This document shows, one piece after another, positions 14,301 through 27,773 of a stretch of 64,000 bases of DNA. Source of the DNA: Octopus sinensis (Eukaryota); the NCBI RefSeq assembly GCF_006345805.1, contig NC_043015.1:35712001-35776000 (forward strand), written 5' to 3'. Position 1 is the first letter of the stretch. Every line of letters begins with the position of its first letter. A program made the translations under genes and the position numbers. The notes beneath the pieces were generated by a model, which did no database searches, was not told the DNA's origin, and saw only the letters and a list, made by a program, of their open reading frames with translations.

Positions 14301-15774
14301 TAAAAATTAATGTTTTGCTGGAAGGTTTGTACCTTTCATAAGTGTGTATATTTGTGTGACTGATTTTTATTTCAAAAAAAGTCTGATAAATGAATTTAAT
14401 TGTTACTTGAGTGCGAGTACAATATTTAGGTTTTTTTTTATTGTGACATCAGTTTTTTGTATGAATGTCATTATTATTGTTGTTATTGCTCTTTTCATTT
14501 CTAATCAAACCCTATTGTGTCTCACTGCTTATTTTCGTGTGTATTGATACATATGTTCTCTACTTACGGCAATTTCCTTATTTACTGGCTTTTTGCTTTC
14601 TTGTGTGTAGTTTTGGTGTATTTCATTTGAGGTTGGCATTGGTTTGTTTATTTCTGCTTATAAATTCTGCATGCATTTTTTAATACTGAAGTGCACCTAT
14701 GTCTAGCTTGTTAAATGGACGCAATTCATGTGTTTTGGTCGTTAAAAATCAATATTATCTTGTTGTTCTGAGAATAAAGTGAGCGAATTTTGAACATATT
14801 TAGATAATATACTAACCTCTACAATACTACAGAACCTTCACTTTGTTAAAATAATGAGGAATAAATTACGAGTAATGCATATTATTGGCAGAATAACTTA
14901 TAATTTTCATTCTTTAATGATATTATTCACGTGAAAATCGGATAATTTGTGTTAACATATCTAAAATGTTAACAATATGTATACTTATTTGTTAATCACA
15001 TTTCGTTGTTCATACATTACAGATTTGGAGAAGAACTTTTATAAAGAATACGGGTACTTTGGTGCTATTATTGTTATATCTACTTGTCAGAAGTGTTGAC
15101 AGGTTTCTGGAAAAATGGCGGAAGTTTTACGATAACACTGCTAAAATGAATGATGCATCATTGTACATATTAAAACATTTTTATATTTACAAAAGTTGAT
15201 TAGATTAAGTTTAGGAAACAGAATTGGTAGGTGTAACCGGAGCTTCACAAATATTGTTTACATAATGTTTATTTTTTGCGTCGCTTCTAAGGTTTCCGTA
15301 AATAAATGCATTCTGAAACATCTGAAGACAAAGTATCAATGAGATCTTTTCCCATGCTATTACTCCGTGTTCTTTACAAATTAAAAAGGGACTAATATTT
15401 GATGATGTCATCATTAAATTCACTTAGCGGGAAAAGGGACAAGACTGGATAAGAAGTATCAGAACCATAAATTTACAGAATCGTTAGTGCATTGGATAAA
15501 TGACGTGTAATTCCTCTGGATCTTTGTATTCGGGGTTCAAATCACACGAAAAACAACGTTTTCTTTCTTTTTCAATTGAGCTTTTGCTTTTTCATGCACA
15601 CACGCACACAAACACACACACACACAAACACACACACACAAACACACACACAGATATGATACATGTATATATATAACAGATATATATATATATAATATAT
15701 ATATATATATATCGATACACTGCATGTCAGAATGCGGCACCCGCTAAGTGCACGAATATGTAAGAGGTTGATGA

Positions 15775-15820
<46 letters not shown>

Positions 15821-15875
15821 TATATATATATATTATGTATATATATATGTATATATATGTATATATATATATGTA

Positions 15876-15918
<43 letters not shown>

Positions 15919-16063
15919 ATATATTATGTATATATATATATTATATAATATATATATTATATATATATATATATTATATATATATATATGTATTATATAT
16001 ATATATATGTATATATATATATTATATATATATATATTATATATATATGTATATATATATATG

Positions 16064-16111
<48 letters not shown>

Positions 16112-16140
16112 TATATATATATTATGTATATATATATATA

Positions 16141-16596
16141 TAACGGGAAGCTTTATGAAAATAGACAAAAGACGAATGTAGGTGGAAAACAAACGAACAC
16201 TTGTATTAGTATGGCGCTCAGGAAATATAAATAAAACAAGTCTTTAACGTTTCGAGCCTACAGATCTTCAACAGAAAGATACACAGAGAGAAAAAAACAC
16301 AGAAAGAAGGAGAGAAAAAAAATGCGTGCAGTAGCTAACGAATCAACATGGCGATCTGATTTCGGCCAGAGGTCAAAGATCAAACATGAGACGCGAGAGC
16401 GAAATAAGGGGAGATAATAGGATTGATAATAGGGTTGAAGGACCAGCTAATAGTGCGTAGGAGGGGTCTGGACGTGTGTATGTATAGGGTTGGTGTATGT
16501 ATTAGTATGTATATGGGTGTGTGTGTGTGTGTGTATGAGAGAGTATTGGTGCGTAGGATTGGTCTGGATGTGCGTATGTATGGGGTTGGTGTATGT
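16141..16596 (-). mobile_element. Short PLE-terminus-like element between two long (TA)n tracts
   Basis: Non-microsatellite insert within (TA)n, carrying a hammerhead-like motif at 16241-16279 and a ~96-bp-period internal duplication (gtgcgtagga...ggttggtgtatgta at ~16453 and ~16549). Confidence 0.55.
16241..16279 (-). ncRNA. Degenerate minimal type-I hammerhead motif
   Basis: Minus strand TCTTT-CTGTTGAA-GAT ctgtagg CTC-GAA-ACGT-T-AAAGA. Stem I is 5 bp and the architecture matches 27226 and 30245. Confidence 0.5.
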
Positions 16597-16628
16597 ATAT
16601 ATATATTATATATATATATATATGTATA

Positions 16629-16696
<68 letters not shown>

Positions 16697-16842
16697 ATAT
16701 ATATGTATATATTATATGTATATATATATGTATAAATATATATTATATAATATATATTATATATATTATATGTATATATATATATATTATATATATATGT
16801 ATATATATATATGTATATATATATTATATATATATATATATC

Positions 16843-16911
<69 letters not shown>

Positions 16912-18442
16912 ACATTATATAGATATAAAGTACCTGCGATATAACTGATTTAATAGACTACAATATTTGACTCTTAAACCGACTTATAAGTTTATCAGTC
17001 AATATGTTTTGACTTGTTATTGGGACATGATTTTTGGACAAGCTCTCATCATCTTATGTTAGGATCGACACCTTCTGACAAATTTCGGTCCCTGTGTCTC
17101 TGTTAGGAAGCACACTTAACGCAAAAATTACAGAAATATTCGACCCCTTAAGGCTGACCCCCCCCCCAACACAACAGGAACGCAGTACAAGTGCATAATC
17201 TCCGCTATAAGATTTAAACACTTTTAATCAAGAAATGCGTGGACGTAATTTAATTGTTCTGTTAAAAGTTGATTTTGCTAAAGAATTAGATTTAAAAACA
17301 ATTAATCGTCATCAGGAGAAATTACACCTGCGATTTGTGGTTTTCTTGACGAAGCAAAACGTTCGATAATTAATTAGTCTTACGTGGTATCATTTGTCTC
17401 TCGCATGGTCTGCACTATTGATATCACTATCACCATCATCGCCACCGCCTTCAGCGTCATCATCACCAACACCACTACTACTACTAACTCTACCACCACC
17501 ATCGCCATTTCCATCAGTTTCATTATCATCGTCGTCATCACCGTCGTCACCGTCATTCTCATCGCATTATTTATCAGTCAGCATAAATTACCACCCAGAA
17601 TACTACTACTACTACTACTACAGATAATGATGATACTGATGAAATGTTTGTTAGCTATAGAGGGTTAGAATACGGGTAATCGCAAGGAGAGTAAATAATT
17701 TGTGTGTGTGTGTGGTGGGGGTAAAGATGAGCGGTGAAAGAAATGAGAAAGACTGAATTTAAATAAAAGTAAACATTGTGGTGCCCCAGCATGGCCACAG
17801 CTCGTATGCTGAAACTAGATGAAATAAAAAGAAAATAGTGTGCAAAGTATGTGATAAGCTAAGAGATGCAGTTCTCCAGATACGAATGGAGCTTCACACG
17901 AGAGGCCAATCAAGGGACACCACTCATCCAGGATCACCTCCCCCCAAGCCACGATTTCTCGCCCAGCTGTTGTTCTCCAATCTCCAGGCGTATATTTACA
18001 GTTGGACCATTCACCCCGTCTATTTTGCTGCATCCACCCATTTTGCACAAATGCAGCGGGTGGTAGCATTACCCTATCCACTCTCCACCCTGACCGTCCT
18101 TTCCAAGTGGATCTGTTTAAAATAATCGATGATCTGGACCGAGGGGGGGGGAGGTGTTTTTTCTCGATCTGTTCATCCTCATCCACCTCACAACATAATT
18201 CTCCAAAGCCACAAGAGAGACAAACACCACCTGCCCTGCCTTGAATGGGATGAACAAGATAGAGGAAGAGAAGGAGGAGAAGCAGATGAAGACGAAGAAG
18301 AGGAAGAAAAGAAAAAGAACAACAACAACAAAAATGTATTAATTGTAGTACGTCGACAAATTTGCATTCAGTCTATAGTTGGTGCTTACTAAACAGAGCC
18401 ACCAAACTTTGCCGAGTAGGACCAACAATTCGGCAATTTGAT

Positions 18443-18480
<38 letters not shown>

Positions 18481-20060
18481 TATAAATAAAAAGTGATAAA
18501 TTGAAGTAGATGTATATGTTATATATTCTTTGTGTAGTTTACAGAAATAGCAAAACATGTGACGGCTTTTGTCTTCGGTAAGTCAGACGTGTTTTCAACT
18601 ACCACTAAGCATCCTAAGTTTTCGTCTGATTTTTGTTATTTTACGTCCTAAATTTAGAGAAGTGTTTATAAGTTTTTATTTTAAAGAAATACAAAAATGT
18701 GTTAAATATCGATAATGCCATTTGAAACCTCCTCGTCTCTGTCAGTTATAATTTAGAATTGCAGCAAATCTATTTGGACAGTGATAGTAAATAGACAAGA
18801 CATACTAAGTGTGTGACGTATCAACTGCTGCCATCTATAATGGCTGGGTCGATATAGCCAAGAAATAACTTCATCAATGTCTAAGATATAATTACAGTAA
18901 TAATGGCTTCTCTTATATTATATTTCCTTTTGTTTGTTTGTATTCCTCTGGAGAAACATATATTTAGTGGGAGAGGGTGTTAGTGTGGCTTACCGATGTG
19001 CTTAGAGAGAGAGACAGACACTCAGATTTTAACATACATATACTATCACTCACATATTCAAACACACACACACAAACATACAAAGCGAAAGACAGGAACA
19101 TGTATAAATAAGAATTCTCTTGAGTACGAATAGAGTTTCAAGCCACTGCGATGTTCAGGTGAACTTACCGCTGTATGATGACTGCAACGGCGGGAAAATT
19201 TCCGTTTAAGGTTTTATAAAAAATTACTTCATTCACTGAACACTCCCCTCCTCTTCAAAAGAGGCACTGTAACGAGTTCTATATACTTATAAACATAGAT
19301 GGACACGTACATACATACATACATACGTACATATATACATACATGGTGGCTGCACCCTCGTTATCGAGTATGGCCATTGCACGAAGCTTAATCAATGTTG
19401 TTATCGTGCAATGCTTGTGCAAGATTTTTTTTTTTAAAGTGACGAAAGGCTGTGCACTGAGTCAATCCCACTCACTAATCAACAGCAGCTATAATCCGAG
19501 AAGAAGAACAAGTCAGCATCATCGCTAATCACTGAGCCGCAGGTTTTATATCAAAGTTATCCCAGTTACCTGAGTTACATTCTCCTAGAAGGATGTAGGA
19601 GTCCTTCACTCCCAAAGGTTTAACCGCACGATCGGGTATTCAGTCCGATTAATTCTATGTCCCCGCGCATGATACAGCCTTAAGGCATTTATTGGATGGC
19701 CGTTGACTCTCAAGAGTTCCTCCGCCCTTTGACGGGTTTTGTTTTCCATCCCGCAGGGTGTCCAATAAACACCCTCCTCACCAAGCAAGCTTGGTGGGGT
19801 TGCTGGCTGGCAGGAGACACATGTGCCACCGTATGTACTTTCTTAACATGCTGTCTTTCATTCATCTACTCCGTTTCGTTGTATGTCTCGTTTCTCAGTT
19901 TGTTTTTTTCATTGTTCGAAAATATGTTCGTTTCCATTTTTTTGTTTTATATTCTCGTTTCTCATTGTGTTCAACATTTTTTCGATGTCCTTTACCCATA
20001 TATGCATGAGTGTAGGTATGTACATATATGTTATGTATATAAGCAATATATTTATATATC

Positions 20061-20121
<61 letters not shown>

Positions 20122-20546
20122 GGCGGCGGAGTGTCTGTGTGGTAAGTAGCTTGCTTACCAGCCACATGGTTCCGGGTTCAGTCCCACTGCGTCGCACCTT
20201 GGGCAAGTGTCTTCTACTATAGCCTCGGGCCGACCAAAGCCTTGTGAGTCGATTTGGTAGATGGAAACTGAAGAAGCCTGTCGTATATGGTATATATTAA
20301 TATATATATATATATATATATATATGCGTGTATGTCTGTGTGTCTGGTTGTTTGTCCCCCTAGCATTGCTTGACAACAGATGCTGGTGTGTTTACGTCCC
20401 CGTCAACTAGCCGTTCGGCAAAAAAGACCGATAGAATAAGTACTGGGCTTACAAAGAATATGTTCCGGGTTCGAGTTGCTCGATTAAAGGCGGTGCTCCA
20501 GCACGGCCGCAGTCAAATGACTGAAACATGTAAAAGAGTAAAGAGC
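20122..20546 (+). mobile_element. Full-length tRNA-derived SINE
   Basis: ggcggcggagtgtctgtgtggtaag (A-box-like), ggttccgggttcagtccc (B-box-like), internal (TA)/(TG) spacer, and 3' tail gtaaaagagtaaaagag. Other copies are at 1575, 38615, ~40830 and ~45720. Confidence 0.9.
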
Positions 20547-20556
20547 ATATATATAT

Positions 20557-20596
<40 letters not shown>

Positions 20597-20631
20597 AAAT
20601 CAAAATAAGCAACAGGATATCAAGTAGTTAC

Positions 20632-20698
20632 GCAGTACGACCGTTTCAATCGGATCCAATCATTACATCAATTTAAATGTAGTGCCATCATCAGCTGC
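20632..20698 (-). ncRNA. Type-I hammerhead motif in a short PLE-terminus-like insert (~20595-20740)
   Basis: Minus strand GCAG-CTGATGA-[stem II region with tacat/atgta hairpin]-GAAA-CGGTCG-TA-CTGC. The core is canonical and stem I is perfect, but the base of stem II is imperfect. Confidence 0.65.
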
Positions 20699-20816
20699 AC
20701 AAATATATAAATAAAATTGTAACCAGTTAGAGCAAGAAGATGGAAGAAATTCATGTCGCTTTTGTAGCTAAGACTATTTATATATATGGATGGAATGATG
20801 GATGGAAGGATGTATA

Positions 20817-20852
<36 letters not shown>

Positions 20853-20862
20853 TGTATGTATG

Positions 20863-20893
<31 letters not shown>

Positions 20894-20902
20894 GTATGTA
20901 TG

Positions 20903-20944
<42 letters not shown>

Positions 20945-21432
20945 TATAGATAGATAGATAGATATATAGATATATAGATAGATATATAGATATATAGATA
21001 GATAGATAGAGAAGATGATAGATGCTATATAATCATTAAGCTCGTTCGATTGACGTTGTAGTTTCGTGGGAATTGCAGCGCCATATTTCGCAACGAATAA
21101 CCGAACTTATGAAGACGTGAACGCATCGTTTGCTGAATCGGTGAAAATAGTTCGTATTTTATATATTAACAAAAGCACTAAATCAACATATTGATATCTT
21201 TTTTTATCAAGATGGAGACGAACTCGATCCCATTTTCCCAAATTCTAAACAGAAATAGAAATGCATTTAATAGAAGTACATATTTCCATGAACTTATGTA
21301 TTTCTAGGGTTATATTATCTAGAAACGTATGTGTATGTATATACGCGCACATTTGCACACACACAATTGATTCATAGAATTTATATATATATATATATAT
21401 ATAATATATATAATATATATATAGATATATAT

Positions 21433-21469
<37 letters not shown>

Positions 21470-21609
21470 AATAATTCACATTTTTTGTGTATGCTTATGA
21501 GTATGTGCAAAAGTATGTATATAAATATATATATATAATATATACACAGACGCACTTATACATACATATATGAACACATACATTCACCTACATGCATACA
21601 CATATACAT

Positions 21610-21656
<47 letters not shown>

Positions 21657-21836
21657 AATATATATATACGTACATTTTTTATTTATGACTTTTATTATTT
21701 CTATCTTTGAGGCCCTGCGAGGGCACTGGGGCATTTATACGTGTATGTATGTGCATGTGGGTGGTTAGAAATACATAGGTAAATTCATTCATGTATACAC
21801 ATATTCATATGTATGTCCTCTCTCTCTCTCTCTCTC

Positions 21837-21867
<31 letters not shown>

Positions 21868-22097
21868 CATACATATATATATATGCATACATATATATAT
21901 ATACATACATATGCGTGTATTTGTGTATTATTCTATCTATTCTGTGAGTAAATTCAAATATATAAATACATACATATATATATTTATATATACATGCATA
22001 TATATACATATATACGTATACATATATACATATATTTTCATATATACATATATATACATATATTTTCATATATACATATATATACATATATACACAC

Positions 22098-22135
<38 letters not shown>

Positions 22136-22309
22136 GGTTATAAAATGAGATAGGGGTTGAAAATTCAACCCACCATGGGATAATATATATCCAATATACT
22201 GCTAGATAGGTACCCAACAAGACTAATACATAGATGTTAAAAATTGCCAAACAATCAGTTCATCTATTGTATTATATGGGTAAAGGTAATAATATTACCG
22301 TAAATTAAT

Positions 22310-24790
22310 ACTACAAAATTAGAGAATGGAGAAACATACTTAAATCAATAAAACATCAACTATCAGATGATACCCAATCAATATTTTAATACACCATTAC
22401 ATATCAGTAGATCTTCTACACAAAGAAATAACCAAGAAATACAAAGTAGTACCTTCTAGTACACTTAGAAAACTGAACCTGGAGATCAGAGAAATTATAT
22501 TTGACTACTACCTAGAAGAAAAAACGGAACCTTACACCCCAACTAGACCGAGAATTACACTAAAGGATCATAAAGAGAATTTCTTGGAAACACACAGGTC
22601 AGATTAATTTGCCCCACTAAATCTGACTTAGGCAGACTAAGCAAACTCATTCTAGACAAATATCTACCCACCATCCGCAGTAAAATCAAACTAAACCTTT
22701 GGAAGAATACTCAGGGTGCTTTGGATTGGTTTTCTGCCATTAAGGTCTGTAACAATAACAACTTTAGCTATAATAGAAATAAATTCATCCAATTTGATAT
22801 ACAGAATTATTACACTTCCATTAACCCTATTATATTAAATAAGTCCTTAATTTTTGCTAGAAAACACACTAAATTAAGTATGGGGGAAATTAAGGTTATA
22901 TTAACAGCCAGGAAAACTTTAATAGAGTTTGATAATAAACTTTGGGCTAGAAAAGGCACACCCAACTTGTTCGATATCACAATGGGATCGTCGGACTCGG
23001 CGGAGGTGACTGATCTAGTTGGGATGTATCTATTAGATAACTTTAGTAGGGAATTCCCTGAATTAAAAGGTGGATTATACAGGGATGACGCCTTATTTTG
23101 TGTTAAGATACATCTAATAGGAGATTAGATCTTCTGAAAAAAAGAATAAATAAATTTTTTAAAAGTTTCGGCCTATCCATTATCATTGAAAGTGAAAATT
23201 ATTCTGCTAATTATTTAGATGTTAATTGTAACATTACTAATGGTTTACAGGAACCCTATATTAAACCTAATTCTAACCTAATATATATTAACCGTTCAAG
23301 TAATCACCCCCCTCAAATTAAAAATGCACTAGTGCGTAGCATTAGTCAGAGAATTTCTAGTTTATCCTTTAACGAGGAAATTTTTAACAAGCATTGTGAT
23401 AGATACAATGCAGCATTGCTTAAGGCAGGATACAAAAGTAAGATATGGTTTATACCTAAGGGGTACCCTCCTAATGGAGGTAGAACTATCAGGAACAACA
23501 CCAATAGATTTAGGATAAACAACAATATACATAAGAATAGTAAAAATAGAATATATGATAACACCTATAATAAATGTAGAAGTGATGTTAACCTCGAAAG
23601 GTGAACGGTAGCTCAAATAGATCTGAGCATACGGTAATAGTAGTAATATTAATAATAATATACATATTAAAACTTATGGTAGACATGATAATGGTAAAGT
23701 TTACTTGCGCAATAATCATGGGAATATTGATATAGATAGATATAACAATGACAGTGGTAAGAATAGTAATCCTATGGGTTGGTCTAGGAATAGGATTTTT
23801 ACAAATAACAATAATTCTATAGGCAATCCTAATTCTGATAAGGATACACTCTGGTTGATTATCCCATATGCAATGCAGATTAAAACAAACATAGTGAGAG
23901 CTTTGCATAATGTTATATTTAGGCATTTTGGTAAGGATAAGAATAAATTTAGTCCTTTAATTAACAACGGTACTGTTAGAGTGGGATATAGCATTACTCA
24001 TAATCTAGCCACCATTATCTCCTCTTTTAATAACAGGAAACTGGATCACTTCTATAAGGATAGAAAATTGAATTTAGACAATGGAAATTTGCCCCTCTTT
24101 AATAATAATAGGAACAGAAACTTTCTTGGAACGAATGTGAACAACCCCCTTACTAATAATGAGTGCACCGTACCTGTTAGAGATAATATAAATGTAATAG
24201 ATCATACTACTACTACCAATACTAGTACTAGTGATAGGAATATATCCAATAATGTGAAATTAACTCATTCGTTGATTTTGGGTTTGGATGATGATAACAA
24301 TTGTAACACTTATAATGTGAATGGGAGTATAGGGGTGGGGACCAATCTTAGATTACCTCATTCTGTTAATCTTTGTAATTGCAGAAACAGAAATAAATGT
24401 GTGTTTGGTAATCAATGCCTCAGGAAGGAGGTAGTTTACCAATGCACTGTAGATACACAATTGAGTAGTAGGGTGTACATCGGGGCAACTATGAATAGCA
24501 TAAAACAAAGATTGAATTATCACAGATATACTTTTTGAAATAAAAATAGAATGTACTCTACAGGGCTAAGTGCATACATTTGGGAACTTAAAAGTAAGAA
24601 CTTAGATTTTAGATTAAACTGGAAAATACTAACTTCAGCACCTGTGTATAATGGAAAAAATAAAATGCTCTCTATGTATAATGAAATTTTTTTCATTATT
24701 AAAGCGGGTCGGCAAATTATTAACAACATAAATGAAAAAAACTTCTTTTGCATTCATAGGCTACCGTTCACCTTTTCTAGATTCAAATAG
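22310..24790 (+). pseudogene. Disrupted PLE RT-GIY-YIG polyprotein
   Basis: EITKKYK...ITLKDHKENF / RLICPTKSDLG / FIQFDIQNYYTSI / FDITMGSSDSAEVTDLVG / GLYRDDAL / YLDV / SNHPP thumb, then CNCRNRNKCVFGNQCL...VVYQCTV...YIGAT...RLNYHRYTF / STGLSAYIWELK. Frameshifts at ~22595, ~23105, ~23600-23635 and ~24665-24685, with an in-frame TGA at 24536-24538. Confidence 0.92.
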
Positions 24791-26424
24791 AACTTAGCAC
24801 TTCCACTATTAATAATTTTTTAACTCCCTTCTTTAACTAACTATACCTGTGGTCTTCTATAATTCTAAAGTATGCAACTTATAAATTTATAATTTTATAA
24901 TTTTTATAGCTACATTTGTATAATAATAATAGATGTGTCTAGTATTATTTGTTTCTTGTTTTTTTTATATGTGGGTTTTTGTTTGTTTTTTAAGGGAAAT
25001 GCAATATGACATGAAATAACATATTCATTTTGGTATTTGCCTTGTAATATGTGATTTTTGAAGTTTTCTAATATTGCATAGTATATATGTATATCTTGGT
25101 TAGATACCTAGCTCTAGATAATGTAATGATATTGTATAATATGTAATATATGAGAGCCTTTTATGAGTTTGGTGTGTTTAGGTTGAGAATATAGGTTTTT
25201 TGTATGTGTTTATTTGGCAGGTTTATATTGTATATTTGGTCTTTCTTTGTACTCACCTTAATTTGTATCTTATGCTATTTACTAATAAACCTTTTTCATT
25301 TTTTTCATTTACATACATTTGGCTTTATAAATATTACCAGCCTTATATATTTAGTTTATATCTATAGTCATCTGGATCTGTACTTTAAATTATCCTTCCA
25401 TACGTATTTACTTTCATCAATATAACATATATATTCACTTTATTTATTTTTTTATTTTATTGTAATGTTATCAATCTCTGCATTTAGTCTTCTAATTATT
25501 TATTTATTTGCTTATTTAAGTGTAGATTTTTACATACATATCAAGTCATATAATTTGTTATCTATTTATTTTTTACTTATTTACTTATACTAGGGTAGTT
25601 TTATACATACATATCTATCATTTATTTTAATTTTATTTTAATAATATATGAATACATATATACTGGTTTGTACTTATAATATGTGTATAACCGTATTTAT
25701 TCCTTCGCATTTATTCCTTCTTATTTATTTTATCACATTTTATCTTAAGTATTTATAATATAAATTTTTTTAAAATTTCTGTGATGTTCTCATATGCGTT
25801 TGCATTAGTACTTCCCCTTCTATTATTTAATGCCTAAACTGGTATATTATGGCATTAAATTTATTAAGTAAATAAGAGATTTATTTATAATATATAAATT
25901 AATATATATTTTATATTTTATAACTTAGCGTACTTGGAATCATAACAAACTTACGGTAAATCTAACAACCGTATGTTTACTATGCAACAAACCGGTGTTA
26001 TAAATTTTAAGTTACCCAACTGATATTTAAAAATATATTTCTATCTTTAAATTAAATATTTTATGAAATGCATGAGTGGATCATTTTCGTTATTTGAGGC
26101 ATAGTTATAATTTTGAATGACTAAATGGCAGCATAGTTGCTTCCCTTTTTGTTTATCTATGTGCTAGTTGTTGCTTGTGGTTATGTATGTGTATAAGTGT
26201 ATGTGTATACATATAATTATGTGTGTATGTGCGATTGATCTGTAGATGCGCGTGTGAATATTGGCGTTCTTGACTAACCAACCGTATAATTTCTTTTGTG
26301 ATTAAATTTCAAACCAATAGCCAATCGAATTAATCTAAATTATCATTACCTAGTGGTCAGTATTTCTAAACTCATAGTTATTTCGATCTTGACAGGATGG
26401 ACTTGGTGCAAACATAACTGTATC

Positions 26425-26458
<34 letters not shown>

Positions 26459-26802
26459 ATTAATATTAATTTTTATTAACTTTTATAGCTTTATAATTTT
26501 ATGAACTGAACCATGGTTTTAATTATTATTTTTCATCTCCCTATGTGTTAGCTTTTTTTTTTTTTTTTTTTAACTACTAGCCAAATATGTATAATATCGG
26601 TGCTTATTAATATTAATATATACACTGATATATATTTTGTTTTATTTTGTTCTGTTTCCTTCCATTATTGTACCAATGAGTATTATATTATATAGGTGTA
26701 GCACTATGAAGTTTATGTATAAGTTTTTATATTTTACATTTTTATATTTTTATATTTATATGTATATGGTTAAATAATCTTTTTCACAATTATAACAAAT
26801 TT

Positions 26803-26918
26803 AATTCTCTGAAGAGGCCGTGGGGCATCCTAGTTAATGCCTCATTTATACCTGCCTTTATGGCTTATAGGTTAAATGAGGTATGACTGCCCTCACTGCC
26901 GAAACAGCTGTCAGATTT
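26803..26918 (+). ncRNA. Type-I hammerhead ribozyme with extended stem II
   Basis: aattct-CTGAAGA-ggccgtggggca...tgccctcactgcc-GAAA-CAGCTG-TC-agattt. Canonical core, GUC cleavage triplet and palindromic stem III. Confidence 0.8.
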
Positions 26919-27119
26919 GATTTGATTACATATTATATTTGAAATTTTATACTTATATCTCTTTGTCTATTTACTCTTACTGTATATCTTGTATAATGCC
27001 TTTACTGATATGTAATGGTGTATTAAAGTATTGATTGGGTATCATCTGATAGTTGATGTTTTATTGATTTAAGTATGTTTCTCTATTCTCTAATTTTGTA
27101 GTATTATATATATATATAT

Positions 27120-27158
<39 letters not shown>

Positions 27159-27162
27159 ACCT

Positions 27163-27362
27163 CGTGAGCACCGCCAGCAATCTTTTTCCTCTGTCTTCCC
27201 TTCTCGGGATCTTTCCTTCTCCTTTGTTTCCGACGAAGAGCTCCGTTCGAAACGTTAAACCCTCCTTCTTCCCTTCTTTCCTGAGCGTCCAATAATACTT
27301 TATTTGTTCCACGTTGTCGCGTTGCTGTGGTTTTTTGTGTTTTCTTGTTTGGATTAACTTTA
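27163..27362 (+). mobile_element. ~200 bp hammerhead-bearing non-coding element, copy 1
   Basis: Near-identical reverse-complement copy at 30122-30340. Motif GTTT-CCGACGAA-GAG ctccg TTC-GAA-ACGT-T-AAAC at 27226-27260. (TA)n flanks. Confidence 0.75.
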
Positions 27363-27731
27363 TATATATTTATATATACACACGTACACACACACACATA
27401 TGTTATGTACCTATATATATATATGCATATATGGATATTTTGGCAATACCGTTTATGTAGGTTAATCTCCGAATATTTATGGAGAATGCAGAAATGAATG
27501 TAAATATATATATTTGTGGAAGTTCATTTTAGTATTAACAAGGGCAATGAGATTATTCTGAAGTAGTCAAGATTAATATATTATTTCACCTGCTCATTAT
27601 TCTGGCTATGGAATGAGCTAATTTGCTTGTTTGTCATGATGACGTTCCTTGATATGGCAATGCTCATATAGTCCTAATTCCAATGTCTTTTTTTCTAAAT
27701 GGGAACCAATCTGAGTTCTGTGTGTCTATCT

Positions 27732-27773
<42 letters not shown>

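Larger units (their letters stand above)
15790..16910. repeat. Long interrupted (TA)n tracts (15790-16140, 16590-16910)
   Basis: Direct inspection. Representative of many others: (CTA)/(TAA) 2850-2957, (ATT) 11270-11380, (ATCT) 48294-48380 and 53695-53790, (CTT) 56140-56360, (AACC) 62620-62705. Confidence 0.95.
22136..27105 (+). mobile_element. Penelope-like retroelement, Naiad-type, with 3' hammerhead-bearing pseudo-LTR
   Basis: RT and C-terminal GIY-YIG coding region, ~2 kb AT-rich tail and a hammerhead at 26803-26918. Both ends are flanked by (TA)n. Confidence 0.88.

Noticed and set aside
13030-14330. Possible ancient LINE endonuclease on the minus strand (LNVR, NVGV remnants)
   Set aside because: Too few motifs and no consistent frame.
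17815-18260. GC-rich overlapping ORFs of 80-123 aa
   Set aside because: No recognisable domain, with only a faint resemblance to RTE sequence.
19530-19810. Hairpin-rich GC segment suspected to be an HDV-like ribozyme or LINE 5' UTR
   Set aside because: I could not assemble the nested double pseudoknot by eye. It needs an RNArobo or Infernal search.
26828-26890. Inner hairpin of the hammerhead as a SECIS element
   Set aside because: It lacks the 5' AUGA / 3' GA quartet and apical AA in the expected positions, so it is not called.
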